A DNA stretch of 64,000 nucleotides from Pseudomonas aeruginosa PAO1 (GCF_000006765.1 NC_002516.2); one strand, 5' to 3'; shown: positions 46,348 through 58,257, numbered from the stretch's first letter. Notes: generated from the letters alone by a model not told the origin. Translations and numbers: made by a program.

Positions 46348-47742
46348 TCAGGTCACGCCCAGGATGGAAGAGAGGTGCGCATTGAGGAACCGCCCGCGGG
46401 GATCCAGCGCCTGGCGCACCTCGGCGAATGCCTTCCAGCGCGGATAGAGCCCCTGCAACTGGTGCGCGTTGAGGCCATGCAGCTTGCCCCAGTGCGGCCG
46501 CCCGGCGTATTTCCAGAAGATCGGTTCCACCGCGGCGAAGAAGTTGTGGTGGTCCATGCTGTAGTGCTGATGCACGGAAATGGAACAACTGTCGCGGCCC
46601 TCGAACATGCTCAGGGGAATGTCGTCGGCCTTCACGTAGCGGTACTCGATGGGAAACCAGGTGCGCAGGTCCTTGTCGCGGATCAGCGCGAGGATCTCCC
46701 GCAGGCAGGCGGGGCCATGCTCGGCGGGGACCGAGTACTCCATCTCGTTGAAGCGCACGTTGCGCACGTTGGCGTAGACCGCATAGGAATCGTCGACCCG
46801 CTCGTCGAAGCGGGCGAAGTGGCGCAGGCTGTTGAGCAAGGTGCGGCGGGTCTCCGGGAAGTCGCTGAGGTACTTGTCGAGACCTTCGATCAGGCCGACG
46901 AACTCGTTGCCGCCTTCCTTCGCCGGGTCCAGGGGCGGGGTCTTCGGCTCGTCGGTCTCGTTGAGGGCGATCGACAGGGCGTAGTCGGAATGGGTCACCA
47001 CCAGCATCTCCCAGTGCTGGTTCTCGCGCGTATTCTTCTCCACGTCTTCCAGCAATTCCTCGGTCCGGGCGATCCACTGCCGTTCACGCAGGCGGTAGGC
47101 CGCGCGGTTCTGCAGGCGCACCCGGGTCACGACGCCCAGCGCCCCCAGCGAGACCCGCGCGGCATCGAACACCTCCACGTTGCGCTTGGCGTCGCACTCG
47201 AGCACCTCGCCGCTCGCGGTGACCAGTTGCAGACCGCGAACCTGGGCGGAATAGGAACCGAAGCCGACCCCGGTGCCATGGGTGGAAGTAGCGATGGCGC
47301 CGGCCAGGGTCTGGTAATCGATATCGGCCATGTTCACCAGCGCCTGGCCGATCTCCTTGAGCGGAGCGCCCATCTGCGACATCGGCGTACCGCCGCCGAA
47401 CTCGGCCTGGAGGGTCACGCTGTCGTGGCTGAGCAAGCCGCTGAAGTAGGCGAGCGAGAGCAGGGTGCCGTCGGTCGGGACCAACGCGCTGAACGAATGC
47501 CCGGAGCCCACCGGGCGGATCCTGCCGGACGCCTGGCGGATGATCCGGACCAGTTCGTCGAGGTCTTTCGGTGCCTCCCGCGCCAGGGGCAGGCAGCTTT
47601 GCGCGCCGGACCAGTTGCGCCAGGGAATCAGGCGCGGTGCGCGGAGCAACTCCGCCAGCGCGGGGTTTCCCACCATGGCGGCGAACGCACCGAGCGCTCC
47701 CGCCCGTTGCAGGAGCTGGCGTCGCGACAGATGACTTGGCAT
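46348..47742 (-). CDS. sphC: SphC, FAD-linked oxidase (ALO/lactone-oxidase family) with Tat signal (464 aa)
   Basis: 'SRRQLL' twin-arginine; 'RPVGSGHSFS', 'GRPHWGK'. Confidence 0.86.
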   Translation of the reverse strand: MPSHLSRRQLLQRAGALGAFAAMVGNPALAELLRAPRLIPWRNWSGAQSCLPLAREAPKDLDELVRIIRQASGRIRPVGSGHSFSALVPTDGTLLSLAYFSGLLSHDSVTLQAEFGGGTPMSQMGAPLKEIGQALVNMADIDYQTLAGAIATSTHGTGVGFGSYSAQVRGLQLVTASGEVLECDAKRNVEVFDAARVSLGALGVVTRVRLQNRAAYRLRERQWIARTEELLEDVEKNTRENQHWEMLVVTHSDYALSIALNETDEPKTPPLDPAKEGGNEFVGLIEGLDKYLSDFPETRRTLLNSLRHFARFDERVDDSYAVYANVRNVRFNEMEYSVPAEHGPACLREILALIRDKDLRTWFPIEYRYVKADDIPLSMFEGRDSCSISVHQHYSMDHHNFFAAVEPIFWKYAGRPHWGKLHGLNAHQLQGLYPRWKAFAEVRQALDPRGRFLNAHLSSILGVT

Positions 47743-47753
47743 GCCGGTATCCC

Positions 47754-48143
47754 CTATCGGTCCTGCGCTGCGGACATGAAATCGATCAAAGCCCGGAACT
47801 GTTCTTCCGAGCACTGCATGCACATGCCCATGGGTGGCATGCCCTTGTAGCCGTTGATGCTGTGGTCCAGCAGGGTGTCGATGCCCTGCGCCAGGCGTGG
47901 CGCCCAGGCAGCGGCATCGCCGGTCAGCGGCGCGCCGGAAGCGGGATCGGCGTGACAGAGCTTGCAACTGGCGGAATACACCTGCGCCAACGCAGGCTCC
48001 GCAGGGACACGCTGGGAATCGGCGGCCCGCGCCGGCGGCTCCGTGGATTCTCCGCAGGCCACCAGCATCAGGCCCAGGGCAAGCAGCAACCCCGGGCGGC
48101 AAAGGCGCGAGTTGCCCGGTCCGGGGCGGAGCGTGGACGACAT
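47754..48143 (-). CDS. sphB: SphB, lipoprotein cytochrome c (c5-like, 129 aa)
   Basis: Lipobox LVAC, heme motif CKLCH, 'GMPPMGMC'. Confidence 0.86.
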   Translation of the reverse strand: MSSTLRPGPGNSRLCRPGLLLALGLMLVACGESTEPPARAADSQRVPAEPALAQVYSASCKLCHADPASGAPLTGDAAAWAPRLAQGIDTLLDHSINGYKGMPPMGMCMQCSEEQFRALIDFMSAAQDR

Positions 48144-48216
48144 GGTGTTCCTCTCTCGTTGCGCACGGCGTGCGTTCTCGTCGAACAACACTAAGGCCGC
48201 GACGCCCCGAGGATGA

Positions 48217-48253
48217 GGGCAATGCGGGCCAGCGACGGGGGGTTCTGCGGCCA
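48217..48253 (-). promoter_or_regulatory. Putative SphR binding site of sphBCD
   Basis: Minus strand TGGCCGCAGAACCCCCCGTCGCTGGCCCGCATTGCCC. Confidence 0.8.
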
Positions 48254-48316
48254 GCCCTTTCGCACCGCGCGATGGCGGTCTAGAGTCGATGTCTGCAGCA
48301 GCGTCGAGGAGCCGGC

Positions 48317-48781
48317 ATGAGCAGCGCAGCACAGCGCCAGAACTACACCTTCTTCCATTCCCTGCGGGTTCGCTGGGCGGAGGTCGATCCGCAGGGCATC
48401 GTCTTCAACGGCAACTACCTGACCTATCTCGACGTCGCCACCACCGAGTACTACCGCCAGCTCGGCATGTCCTACCCGGCCGACCTGCTGCGCGGCGGAG
48501 GCGACCTGTTCGCGGTGAAGAGCACCCTGGAATACCGCGCCCCGGCGCATTTCGACGACTGGCTGGACATCGGCACCCGCGTGGCGCGGCTGGGGCGCAG
48601 CAGCCTGGTTTTCGAGCTGGGCATCTGGCGCGACGAGCAGTTGCTCACCGTCGGCGAGCTGGTCTACGTCTATGCGGATGCGAACGAGCGACAGAGCCAG
48701 CCCCTGCCGGACTGGCTGCGCGAGAAGATCAGGGCGTTCGAGCGACAGTCGCCAGTGGAATCAGGGACTCACGCCGAGTAG
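48317..48781 (+). CDS. Acyl-CoA thioesterase (4HBT/YbgC family), 154 aa
   Basis: 'RVRWAEVDPQGIVFNGNYLTYLD'. Confidence 0.9.
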   Translation: MSSAAQRQNYTFFHSLRVRWAEVDPQGIVFNGNYLTYLDVATTEYYRQLGMSYPADLLRGGGDLFAVKSTLEYRAPAHFDDWLDIGTRVARLGRSSLVFELGIWRDEQLLTVGELVYVYADANERQSQPLPDWLREKIRAFERQSPVESGTHAE

Positions 48782-49378
48782 CTGGGAGAGCCGCGCGCGG
48801 TCGGCGGCATAGGTTCTTTCCGCGTCTTCGCGGGCCTTCTGGAAACGCCCGATCTCGCCCTGCAGGCGCTTTTCCTCCTGCTTGAGATCGTCCAACTGGT
48901 CCACCAGCGCCTGCGCCACCGGACGTCCGGCACGCTCCTGGTTGGCCGCCTGGCCTTGCAGGTTGGCCTGTTGCAGCTTGAGCGACTGCAGGTTGCCGCG
49001 CGCCACGCTGCTCAGCCCGTCCAGTTCCGCCAGGCGCCGTTCGCGAGCGCGGTCGACGTCCTCGAGGCTGGAATACAGGCGCAGCAGCTGCGCATCGGAG
49101 CTGGCCTGGGCTTGGGCCGCCTTGCGCTGCCGCAGTTCCTCGGCGGTCGGCGCCGGCGGTACGGTGCGGATAACCCGGCCCTGGTCGTTGAGGACCTGGT
49201 AGCCCTTGCCGATGTACTGCGGCGGCACACCCTGGCGGTCGAGCACCACCACGCCCTTGTCGTTGACGTAGCGGTACAGCTCCACCGCTCCGCCCGGCGC
49301 CGCCTGGGCGCCGAAGGAAAGCCCCTGGAGCACCAGCCCCAGGGCCATCAGGCAACGCATTACATCCTGTCCGACCAT
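48761..49378 (-). CDS. Exported DUF4124-like coiled-coil protein (205 aa)
   Basis: Signal peptide, 'LYRYVNDKGVVV', coiled-coil C-terminus. Confidence 0.78.
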   Translation of the reverse strand: MVGQDVMRCLMALGLVLQGLSFGAQAAPGGAVELYRYVNDKGVVVLDRQGVPPQYIGKGYQVLNDQGRVIRTVPPAPTAEELRQRKAAQAQASSDAQLLRLYSSLEDVDRARERRLAELDGLSSVARGNLQSLKLQQANLQGQAANQERAGRPVAQALVDQLDDLKQEEKRLQGEIGRFQKAREDAERTYAADRARLSQLLGVSP

Positions 49379-49398
49379 GCCAGTCCCTTGTGAAAGGT

Positions 49399-50040
49399 TC
49401 AGATACCGTATTGGGCGCGATAGGCCTCTACCGCCGGCAGATGCTTCTTCAGTTCAGCATCTTCGGCAAGATATTCCAGCACCTGCTCCAGGGAAACGAT
49501 GCTCACCACCGGCATGCCGAAGTCGCGCTCGACCTCCTGGATCGCCGACAGCTCGCCCTTGCCACGCTCCTGGCGGTTCAGCGCGATCAGCACGCCCGCC
49601 GCCCTGGCGCCCTGGGCGTCGATGATCTGCATCACTTCGCGGATCGCGGTGCCGGCGGTGATCACGTCGTCGATGATCAGCACCCGGCCGCTCAGCGGCG
49701 CGCCGACCAGCGTGCCGCCTTCGCCGTGGTCCTTGGCTTCCTTGCGGTTGAAGCACCAGGGCAGGTCGCGTTGGTGCTGCTCGGCGAGGGCCACCGCGGT
49801 GGTGGCGGCCAGGGGAATGCCCTTGTAGGCCGGGCCGAACAGGACGTCGAAGTCGATTCCGCTGTCGATCACCGCCTCGGCGTAGAAGCGTCCCAGGCGG
49901 GCCAGCGCCAGGCCGCTGTCGAACAGGCCGGCATTGAAGAAATAGGGGCTGGTGCGCCCGGACTTGAGGGTGAACTCACCGAAGCGCAGAACCCCGCGCT
50001 CGATGGCGAAACGAATGAAATCGCGCTGATACGCCTGCAT
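49399..50040 (-). CDS. pyrE: Orotate phosphoribosyltransferase (213 aa)
   Basis: '[14 protein letters not shown]', '[10 protein letters not shown]'. Confidence 0.98.
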   Translation of the reverse strand: MQAYQRDFIRFAIERGVLRFGEFTLKSGRTSPYFFNAGLFDSGLALARLGRFYAEAVIDSGIDFDVLFGPAYKGIPLAATTAVALAEQHQRDLPWCFNRKEAKDHGEGGTLVGAPLSGRVLIIDDVITAGTAIREVMQIIDAQGARAAGVLIALNRQERGKGELSAIQEVERDFGMPVVSIVSLEQVLEYLAEDAELKKHLPAVEAYRAQYGI

Positions 50041-50120
50041 GAATGACACCAAGCCGCATGAATTTAGCTAAACCGTTTGAGCTCGGGTATCATACACGCA
50101 CGTGATTTTGGGGGCCATTT

Positions 50121-50900
50121 ATGCGGATCATCAGTGTGAACGTGAATGGTATTCAGGCTGCGGCCGAGCGCGGTTTGCTCAGTTGGCTGCAAGCACAGAA
50201 TGCCGACGTGATCTGCTTGCAGGACACCCGAGCCTCCGCCTTCGATCTGGATGACCCGTCCTTCCAACTGGACGGCTACTTCCTTTATGCCTGCGATGCC
50301 GAGCTACCCGAACAGGGCGGTGTCGCACTCTACAGCCGTTTGCAGCCCAAAGCTGTGATCAGCGGCTTAGGTTTCGAAACGGCCGATCGTTACGGGCGCT
50401 ACCTGCAAGCCGACTTCGACAAGGTGAGTATCGCCACCCTGCTGCTGCCTTCCGGGCAGAGCGGAGACGAGAGCTTGAACCAGAAATTCAAGTTCATGGA
50501 CGACTTCACCCATTACTTGAGCAAGCAGCGTCGCAAGCGCCGCGAATACATCTACTGCGGCTCGCTGTACGTCGCCCATCAGAAGATGGATGTGAAGAAC
50601 TGGCGCGAATGTCAGCAGATGCCGGGCTTCCTCGCGCCCGAACGGGCCTGGCTGGACGAAGTGTTCGGCAACCTCGGCTATGCCGACGCCCTGCGCGAAG
50701 TCAGCCGCGAAGGCGACCAGTTCAGCTGGTGGCCGGACAGCGAACAGGCCGAGATGCTCAACCTCGGCTGGCGCTTCGACTACCAGGTGCTGACCCCCGG
50801 CCTACGCCGCTTCGTGCGCAACGCCAAGCTGCCGCGCCAGCCGCGCTTCTCCCAGCATGCGCCGCTGATCGTCGACTACGACTGGCAGTTGAGCATCTGA
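50121..50900 (+). CDS. crc: Catabolite repression control protein Crc (259 aa)
   Basis: MRIISVNVNGIQAAAERG...; exonuclease III fold with altered catalytic residues (QDTR, SQHAP). Confidence 0.97.
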   Translation: MRIISVNVNGIQAAAERGLLSWLQAQNADVICLQDTRASAFDLDDPSFQLDGYFLYACDAELPEQGGVALYSRLQPKAVISGLGFETADRYGRYLQADFDKVSIATLLLPSGQSGDESLNQKFKFMDDFTHYLSKQRRKRREYIYCGSLYVAHQKMDVKNWRECQQMPGFLAPERAWLDEVFGNLGYADALREVSREGDQFSWWPDSEQAEMLNLGWRFDYQVLTPGLRRFVRNAKLPRQPRFSQHAPLIVDYDWQLSI

Positions 50901-50916
50901 GCCCTGTCAGACACGA

Positions 50917-50942
50917 AAAAGCCGGCGCATGCGCCGGCTTTT
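50917..50942. terminator. Bidirectional intrinsic terminator
   Basis: Perfect palindrome AAAAGCCGGCGCATGCGCCGGCTTTT between convergent genes. Confidence 0.88.
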
Positions 50943-50958
50943 CTATTTCCCGTGCGGC

Positions 50959-51330
50959 CTACTTGATCAGCCGCAGGCAGAACGGATAGCGATAGGCCTT
51001 GCCTTCGTTGGCCTTGATGCCGGCGATGATGGTCAACACCAGCGCCGCCAGGCAGACCAGGCCGAGCAGGAAGAAGCCGATCACCACCAGCATCAGCAGG
51101 AAGCTGACGAACATCGCCAGCGCCACGGTGATCTGGAAATTCAGCGCTTCCTTGCCCTGGGCGTCGACGAACGGATCGCTCTCGCGCTTGAGTTGCCAGA
51201 CGATCAGCGGCCCGAGCAGGCTGCCGAAGGGAAACACCAGGCCGATGAACGCCGCGAAATGGCAGAACATCGCCCATTGCCGGGCTTCCTGGCCGGGGGT
51301 CGCGGCGACCTCTTCGGATACATCGTTCAT
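50959..51330 (-). CDS. DUF4870-family membrane protein (123 aa)
   Basis: 'WAMFCH', 'GKEALNFQIT', 'YRYPF'. Confidence 0.85.
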   Translation of the reverse strand: MNDVSEEVAATPGQEARQWAMFCHFAAFIGLVFPFGSLLGPLIVWQLKRESDPFVDAQGKEALNFQITVALAMFVSFLLMLVVIGFFLLGLVCLAALVLTIIAGIKANEGKAYRYPFCLRLIK

Positions 51331-51376
51331 GTAGCGCTCCTTCTCCGGGGCCCGGCAGGCAGTGCCGGGCGTCTGC

Positions 51377-52096
51377 TCATTCGGCCAGCGCGGCGCGCTG
51401 AAGTTCGAACAGCTCCTGCATGCCCTGCTGGGCCAGTTCGAGCATGGCGTTCAGCTCGGCGGGACGGAACGGCGCGCCTTCGGCGGTTCCCTGCACCTCG
51501 ATGAAGCCGCCGGCATCGGTCATCACTACGTTCAGGTCGGTTTCCGCGGCGGAATCCTCCAGGTAGTCCAGGTCGAGGACCGGCACGCCCTGGTAGATGC
51601 CCACGGAAACGGCGGCGACCATTTGCTTCAGCGGATTGCCCTTGAGCGCGCCACGCTTCTTCAGCACCGCCAGGGCGTCGATCAGCGCCACGGTGGCGCC
51701 GGTGATTGAGGCGGTGCGGGTGCCGCCGTCGGCCTGGATCACGTCGCAGTCGATGTACAGGGTGTTCTCGCCGAGCTTGCTGAGGTCCAGCGCCGCTCGC
51801 AGGGAGCGGCCGATCAGGCGCTGGATCTCCAGGGTACGACCGCCCTGCTTGCCGCGGCTGGCCTCGCGCTGGTTACGCTCGCCGGTGGAGCGCGGCAGCA
51901 TGCCGTACTCGGCGGTCAACCAACCCTGGCCCTGGCCCTTGAGGAAGCGCGGCACCCCGGACTCGGCGCTGACGGTGCAGATCACCTTGGTATCGCCGAA
52001 CTCGACCAGCACCGAACCTTCTGCGTGCTTGGTGTAATGGCGGGTGATGCGGATCGGGCGCAGCTGGTCGGCGGCACGGCCACTGGGACGATTCAT
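51377..52096 (-). CDS. rph: Ribonuclease PH (239 aa)
   Basis: '[11 protein letters not shown]', '[10 protein letters not shown]', 'QADGGTRTA'. Confidence 0.98.
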   Translation of the reverse strand: MNRPSGRAADQLRPIRITRHYTKHAEGSVLVEFGDTKVICTVSAESGVPRFLKGQGQGWLTAEYGMLPRSTGERNQREASRGKQGGRTLEIQRLIGRSLRAALDLSKLGENTLYIDCDVIQADGGTRTASITGATVALIDALAVLKKRGALKGNPLKQMVAAVSVGIYQGVPVLDLDYLEDSAAETDLNVVMTDAGGFIEVQGTAEGAPFRPAELNAMLELAQQGMQELFELQRAALAE

Positions 52097-52276
52097 CGTG
52101 GATATCCTGTACTGAGAAAGCGGAATTGGCCGCCATTATAGAGGCCAGCCTGGGCTCTCAACCACCGTCGGCGTGCGGGCCCCGCCGGACGTGGGTTACA
52201 ATGCCCGGCTCGAATCACGGCAGCCGCGCGCGTCCGGCGCCGAACGCACTCCCCACACGACTATCGAGGTAGACCC

Positions 52277-53810
<1,534 letters not shown>

Positions 53811-53898
53811 ATCGGCTCTTCCATAAAGATTGGCGATTTTTTAGACTATTCAGTCCGCCCGGCAAACGTCGGGCTCACTTTTCGTTACGAGGAACACC

Positions 53899-54165
53899 AT
53901 GGCCCGCGTCACCGTTGAAGACTGCCTGGACAACGTCGATAACCGTTTCGAGCTGGTCATGCTCGCCACCAAGCGCGCCCGTCAGCTGGCTACCGGCGGC
54001 AAGGAGCCGAAAGTGGCCTGGGAAAACGACAAGCCGACCGTCGTCGCCCTGCGCGAGATCGCTTCCGGCCTGGTCGATGAGAACGTCGTCCAGCAGGAAG
54101 ACATCGTCGAGGACGAACCGCTGTTCGCAGCGTTCGACGACGAGGCCAACACCGAGGCCCTGTAA
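53899..54165 (+). CDS. rpoZ: RNA polymerase omega subunit (88 aa)
   Basis: [20 protein letters not shown]...[10 protein letters not shown]. Confidence 0.98.
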
Positions 54166-54230
54166 GCCATGGCCTCGGCTCGACGTCGCCTGCGAGCGCC
54201 GCAACCCGCCTACGGGCAGGGGGTGAACCC

Positions 54231-56336
54231 TTGCCGGGCATAGACGCCTTCGCCGACAGACTGTCGAGCTACCTCGGGCCGGACCAGGTCAACCTGGTCC
54301 GCCGCGCCTACTACTACGCCGAGCAGGCCCACGACGGGCAACGCCGCCGCAGCGGCGAACCGTACGTGACCCACCCGCTGGCGGTCTCCAACATCCTCGC
54401 CGACATGCACATGGACCATCAGAGCCTGATGGCCGCGATGCTGCACGACGTGATCGAGGACACCGGCATCGCCAAGGAAGCGCTCACCGCGCAGTTCGGC
54501 GAGACGGTTTCGGAACTGGTCGACGGGGTCAGCAAGCTGACCCAGATGAACTTCGAGACCAAGGCCGAGGCCCAGGCCGAGAACTTCCAGAAGATGGCCA
54601 TGGCCATGGCCCGCGATATCCGCGTGATCCTGGTCAAGCTGGCCGACCGCCTGCACAACATGCGCACCCTCGAGGTGCTGTCCGGCGAAAAGCGCCGACG
54701 CATCGCCAAGGAAACCCTGGAAATCTACGCGCCCATCGCCAACCGCCTGGGCATGCACACCATGCGCGTGGAGTTCGAGGACCTAGGTTTCAAGGCCATG
54801 CACCCGATGCGCGCCGAGCGCATCCGCCAGGCGGTGAAGAAGGCCCGCGGCAACCGCCGCGAGATCGTCGGCAAGATCCAGGAGTCGCTGGTCAACTGCC
54901 TCGCCCGGGAAGGCATGGAAGGCCAGGTGATCGGCCGCGAGAAGCACCTCTACAGCATCTACCAGAAGATGCGCGGCAAGCGTAAGGCGTTCAACGAGAT
55001 CATGGACGTCTACGCCTTCCGCATCATCGTCGACAAGGTCGATACCTGCTATCGCGTGCTGGGCGCCGTGCACAGCCTGTACAAGCCGTTCCCCGGACGC
55101 TTCAAGGACTACATCGCGATTCCCAAGGCCAACGGCTACCAGTCGCTACATACCACCCTGTTCGGCATGCACGGGGTGCCCATCGAGATCCAGATCCGTA
55201 CCCGCGAGATGGAAGAGATGGCCAACCACGGGATCGCCGCGCACTGGCTGTACAAGTCCAACGACGAGACGCCCAAGGGCACCCATGCCCGCGCCCGGCA
55301 ATGGGTGAAGGGCGTGCTGGAACTGCAGCAGCGCGCCGGCAACTCGCTGGAATTCATCGAGAACGTGAAGATCGACCTGTTCCCGGACGAGGTCTACGTG
55401 TTCACGCCCAAGGGCCGCATCATGGAACTGCCCAAGGGTTCCACCGCGGTCGACTTCGCCTACGCGGTGCACACTGACGTCGGCAACAGTTGCATCGCCT
55501 GCCGCATCAACCGTCGCCTGGCGCCGCTCTCCGAGCCGTTGCAGAGCGGCCAGACGGTGGAAATCGTCACCGCCCCGGGCGCCCGGCCGAACCCGGCCTG
55601 GCTGAGCTTCGTGGTCACCGGCAAGGCGCGCACCCATATCCGCCATGCGCTCAAGCTGCAACGCCGCTCCGAGTCGATCAACCTCGGCGAGCGCCTGCTG
55701 AACAAGACCCTTACCGGCTTCGACAGCCACCTCGAGAAGATTCCCCAGGAACGCATCCAGGCCGTGCTCGCCGAGTACCGCATGGAAGTCTTCGAGGACC
55801 TGCTGGAAGAGATCGGCCTGGGCAACCGCATGGCCTACGTGGTCGCCCGCCGCCTGCTGTCCAGCGAGGGCGAGGAAGCGCCAAGCGCCGAGGGTCCGCT
55901 GGCGATCCGCGGCACCGAAGGCCTGGTCCTGAGCTACGCCAAGTGCTGCACGCCGATTCCCGGCGACCCGATCGTTGGCCACCTGTCCGCCGGCAAGGGC
56001 ATGGTGGTGCACCTGGAAAGCTGCAAGAACATCAGCGAAGTACGCCACAACCCGGAAAAATGCATCCAGCTCAGCTGGGCCAAGGATGTCACCGGCGAAT
56101 TCAATGTCGAACTGCGCGTCGAGCTGGAGCACCAGCGTGGCCTGATCGCCCTGCTCGCCACCAGCGTCAACGCGGCCGACGGCAACATCGAGAAGATCAG
56201 CATGGACGAGCGCGACGGCCGCATCAGCGTGGTCCAGCTGGTCGTCAGCGTGCACGATCGCGTCCACCTGGCCCGCGTCATCAAGAAGCTGCGCGCCCTC
56301 AAGGGAGTGATCCGAATCACCCGCCTGCGTAGCTGA
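54231..56336 (+). CDS. spoT: (p)ppGpp synthetase/hydrolase SpoT (701 aa, TTG start)
   Basis: HD motif 'LHDVIED', '[11 protein letters not shown]', 'NGYQSLHT', TGS and ACT domains. Confidence 0.97.
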   Translation: MPGIDAFADRLSSYLGPDQVNLVRRAYYYAEQAHDGQRRRSGEPYVTHPLAVSNILADMHMDHQSLMAAMLHDVIEDTGIAKEALTAQFGETVSELVDGVSKLTQMNFETKAEAQAENFQKMAMAMARDIRVILVKLADRLHNMRTLEVLSGEKRRRIAKETLEIYAPIANRLGMHTMRVEFEDLGFKAMHPMRAERIRQAVKKARGNRREIVGKIQESLVNCLAREGMEGQVIGREKHLYSIYQKMRGKRKAFNEIMDVYAFRIIVDKVDTCYRVLGAVHSLYKPFPGRFKDYIAIPKANGYQSLHTTLFGMHGVPIEIQIRTREMEEMANHGIAAHWLYKSNDETPKGTHARARQWVKGVLELQQRAGNSLEFIENVKIDLFPDEVYVFTPKGRIMELPKGSTAVDFAYAVHTDVGNSCIACRINRRLAPLSEPLQSGQTVEIVTAPGARPNPAWLSFVVTGKARTHIRHALKLQRRSESINLGERLLNKTLTGFDSHLEKIPQERIQAVLAEYRMEVFEDLLEEIGLGNRMAYVVARRLLSSEGEEAPSAEGPLAIRGTEGLVLSYAKCCTPIPGDPIVGHLSAGKGMVVHLESCKNISEVRHNPEKCIQLSWAKDVTGEFNVELRVELEHQRGLIALLATSVNAADGNIEKISMDERDGRISVVQLVVSVHDRVHLARVIKKLRALKGVIRITRLRS

Positions 56337-56397
56337 CCCGCTTTTTCCTGTGTCATCCGGCGCCCCCGCGCCCACTCGATTTCAGCAAGGAGTTCCC

Positions 56398-56778
56398 ATG
56401 ACCAAGACCGTTATCCACACCGACAACGCCCCGGCCGCCATCGGCACCTACTCCCAGGCCATCAAGGCCGGCAATACCGTCTACGTGTCCGGGCAGATCC
56501 CGCTGGACCCGAAGACCATGGAACTGGTGGAAGGCTTCGAGGAGCAGACCGTCCAGGTGTTCGAGAACCTCAAGGCGGTGATAGAGGCTTCCGGCGGCTA
56601 CCTGCACGACGTCGCCAAGCTGAACATCTTCCTCACCGACCTGTCGCACTTCGCCAAGGTCAACGAGATCATGGGCCGCTACTTCACCCAGCCCTACCCG
56701 GCGCGCGCCGCTATCGGCGTAGCCGCCCTGCCGAAGGGCGCACAGGTGGAAATGGACGCCATCGTCGTCCTCGAGTAA
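56398..56778 (+). CDS. ridA: RidA enamine/imine deaminase (126 aa)
   Basis: '[11 protein letters not shown]', 'SGQIP', '[18 protein letters not shown]'. Confidence 0.92.
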   Translation: MTKTVIHTDNAPAAIGTYSQAIKAGNTVYVSGQIPLDPKTMELVEGFEEQTVQVFENLKAVIEASGGYLHDVAKLNIFLTDLSHFAKVNEIMGRYFTQPYPARAAIGVAALPKGAQVEMDAIVVLE

Positions 56779-56789
56779 GCCGGATGTTC

Positions 56790-56814
56790 GCGACGGGGCC
56801 CAAGGCCCCGTCGC
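56790..56814. repeat. Perfect 11-bp inverted repeat without a U tract
   Basis: GCGACGGGGCC-CAA-GGCCCCGTCGC between ridA and the lipoprotein gene. Confidence 0.7.
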
Positions 56815-56832
56815 TCTGCATGGAGTAGCACG

Positions 56833-57564
56833 ATGCGCCGCGTGATTTTCCTCGCCGCAGCCGCCACCCTGCTGGCCGGCTGCGCCGGCACGGCCGATCC
56901 GTCCGGCACCTGGATCAACCAGGCCGCGATCGACGCCGCGAGCAAGGACGGCAAGCTGCGCGAGGCCCTGCTCGCCTATGGCCCGAACCTGGAATGGAAG
57001 CTCGACAGCAAGGCAGGCGAAGCCACCTTCAGCAACGGCTTCGAACTGGGCGAAGGGACCCTGAGCAAGAGCGATGACGAGCACTGGAAGGTTGCCTTCT
57101 ATGGCGACGACAACCAGGAGAGTCTCGAACTGGACGGCAAGGAGCTGATCCAGCAGGCCAGCGCCAACGGCCCGGAACAGCGTTTCCGCCGTCTCGACCC
57201 GCAACCCGCGGCCAGCAGCCCTGCCGGCAGCGGTTTCGAGCGGGCCTTGTATGGCAGCTATCTGAAGGGCAGCTGGAAGATCCGCGAAGGCCAGGGCCAG
57301 GGCGGCAAGGTCGAGTTCCAGGCCAATGGCCTGGTCAGCGGTCTGCCCGGCGCCGAACGCTACGCGCTGTGCCTGGCCGGCGATTGCGCAGCGATGAGCG
57401 GCGACAACGACAGCATCTGGCTGCAACAAGGCAACCGCGGCCGCGAGTTGCTGTTCAGCCTCGACGACGACGAGCTGCAACTGTTCGAAGCGGTCAATAC
57501 CGCCGGCGCCAACGAGATGCCCAGCTACGTGCCCGGCAAGCGCGTCTGGCTGCTGGAGCGCTGA
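56833..57564 (+). CDS. Hypothetical lipoprotein (243 aa)
   Basis: Lipobox LAGC; RBS GGAG. Confidence 0.8.
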   Translation: MRRVIFLAAAATLLAGCAGTADPSGTWINQAAIDAASKDGKLREALLAYGPNLEWKLDSKAGEATFSNGFELGEGTLSKSDDEHWKVAFYGDDNQESLELDGKELIQQASANGPEQRFRRLDPQPAASSPAGSGFERALYGSYLKGSWKIREGQGQGGKVEFQANGLVSGLPGAERYALCLAGDCAAMSGDNDSIWLQQGNRGRELLFSLDDDELQLFEAVNTAGANEMPSYVPGKRVWLLER

Positions 57565-57570
57565 GGCCTC

Positions 57571-58191
57571 TCAGAGGGCGGCCAGCACCAGCCAGCCGCC
57601 CAGCGCCAGCAGCAGGACGCCGCACAGCCGGTCCAGCGCACCTACCCGCCGTTGCAACCAGCCGCGCCAGCGCGGCCTGTCCAGCAGGCGCACCAGCGCC
57701 ATGTCCCAGCACAGCACCGCCAGGCTCATCCACGCCAGGCACAGGGCCAGTGCCCAGCCCGGCAGGCTGAAGCGCGCCAGCACGCCGAACAGCCCCGCAT
57801 AGAAGATCGGCAGCTTGGGATTCAGGCTGCTCGCCAGCAGGCCGTCGCGCAGCCCGCGCAGATAGCCGCCGCGGGACGGGACGTCGCGCTGCGCCGGCAT
57901 TTCCAGTCGCCTCTGCGCAAGCAGCGCCTGGCCCGCCAGCCAGAGGAAGTACAGTCCGCCGAGCGCCTGCAGCCAGCGCAAGGCGCTGTGCGCCGAGTCC
58001 GGCACGCTGGCCAGCAGGCCGAGCACCAGCAGCATGCTCAGGAGGTTGGCCAGGGCGATGCCGGCGGCCACCCCGTCGGCCTGGCGCCGGCCGCGCAGCA
58101 GGGCGGCGCGCACCAACAGGAAGAAGTCCGGTCCCGGCGACAGCAGGGCAGCGAAATGGGTACTGGCGACAAGGACGAACGCGGCGAACAT
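57571..58191 (-). CDS. LysE/RhtB-family exporter (206 aa)
   Basis: 'LSPGPDF', 'SSLNPK'. Confidence 0.9.
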   Translation of the reverse strand: MFAAFVLVASTHFAALLSPGPDFFLLVRAALLRGRRQADGVAAGIALANLLSMLLVLGLLASVPDSAHSALRWLQALGGLYFLWLAGQALLAQRRLEMPAQRDVPSRGGYLRGLRDGLLASSLNPKLPIFYAGLFGVLARFSLPGWALALCLAWMSLAVLCWDMALVRLLDRPRWRGWLQRRVGALDRLCGVLLLALGGWLVLAAL

Positions 58192-58257
58192 GAAGGCCCC
58201 TCGAAACGCGAAGGCCTCCAGTCTGTGCAGCGCGGCGGGCGCCGTATTGGAAAAAAC

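Noticed and set aside
46348-48222. 624-aa ORF extending sphC over sphB; similarly the 570-aa ORF 58258-59970 extending the AraC gene
   Set aside because: Both are alternate-frame run-ons over the neighbouring real gene. The Tat motif at 47742 and the TGATG coupling at 59058 define the real starts.
50041-50600. Lower-GC, atypical codon patch in the crc 5' region
   Set aside because: crc is a conserved core gene and there are no mobility genes or boundary repeats, so horizontal transfer is not supported.
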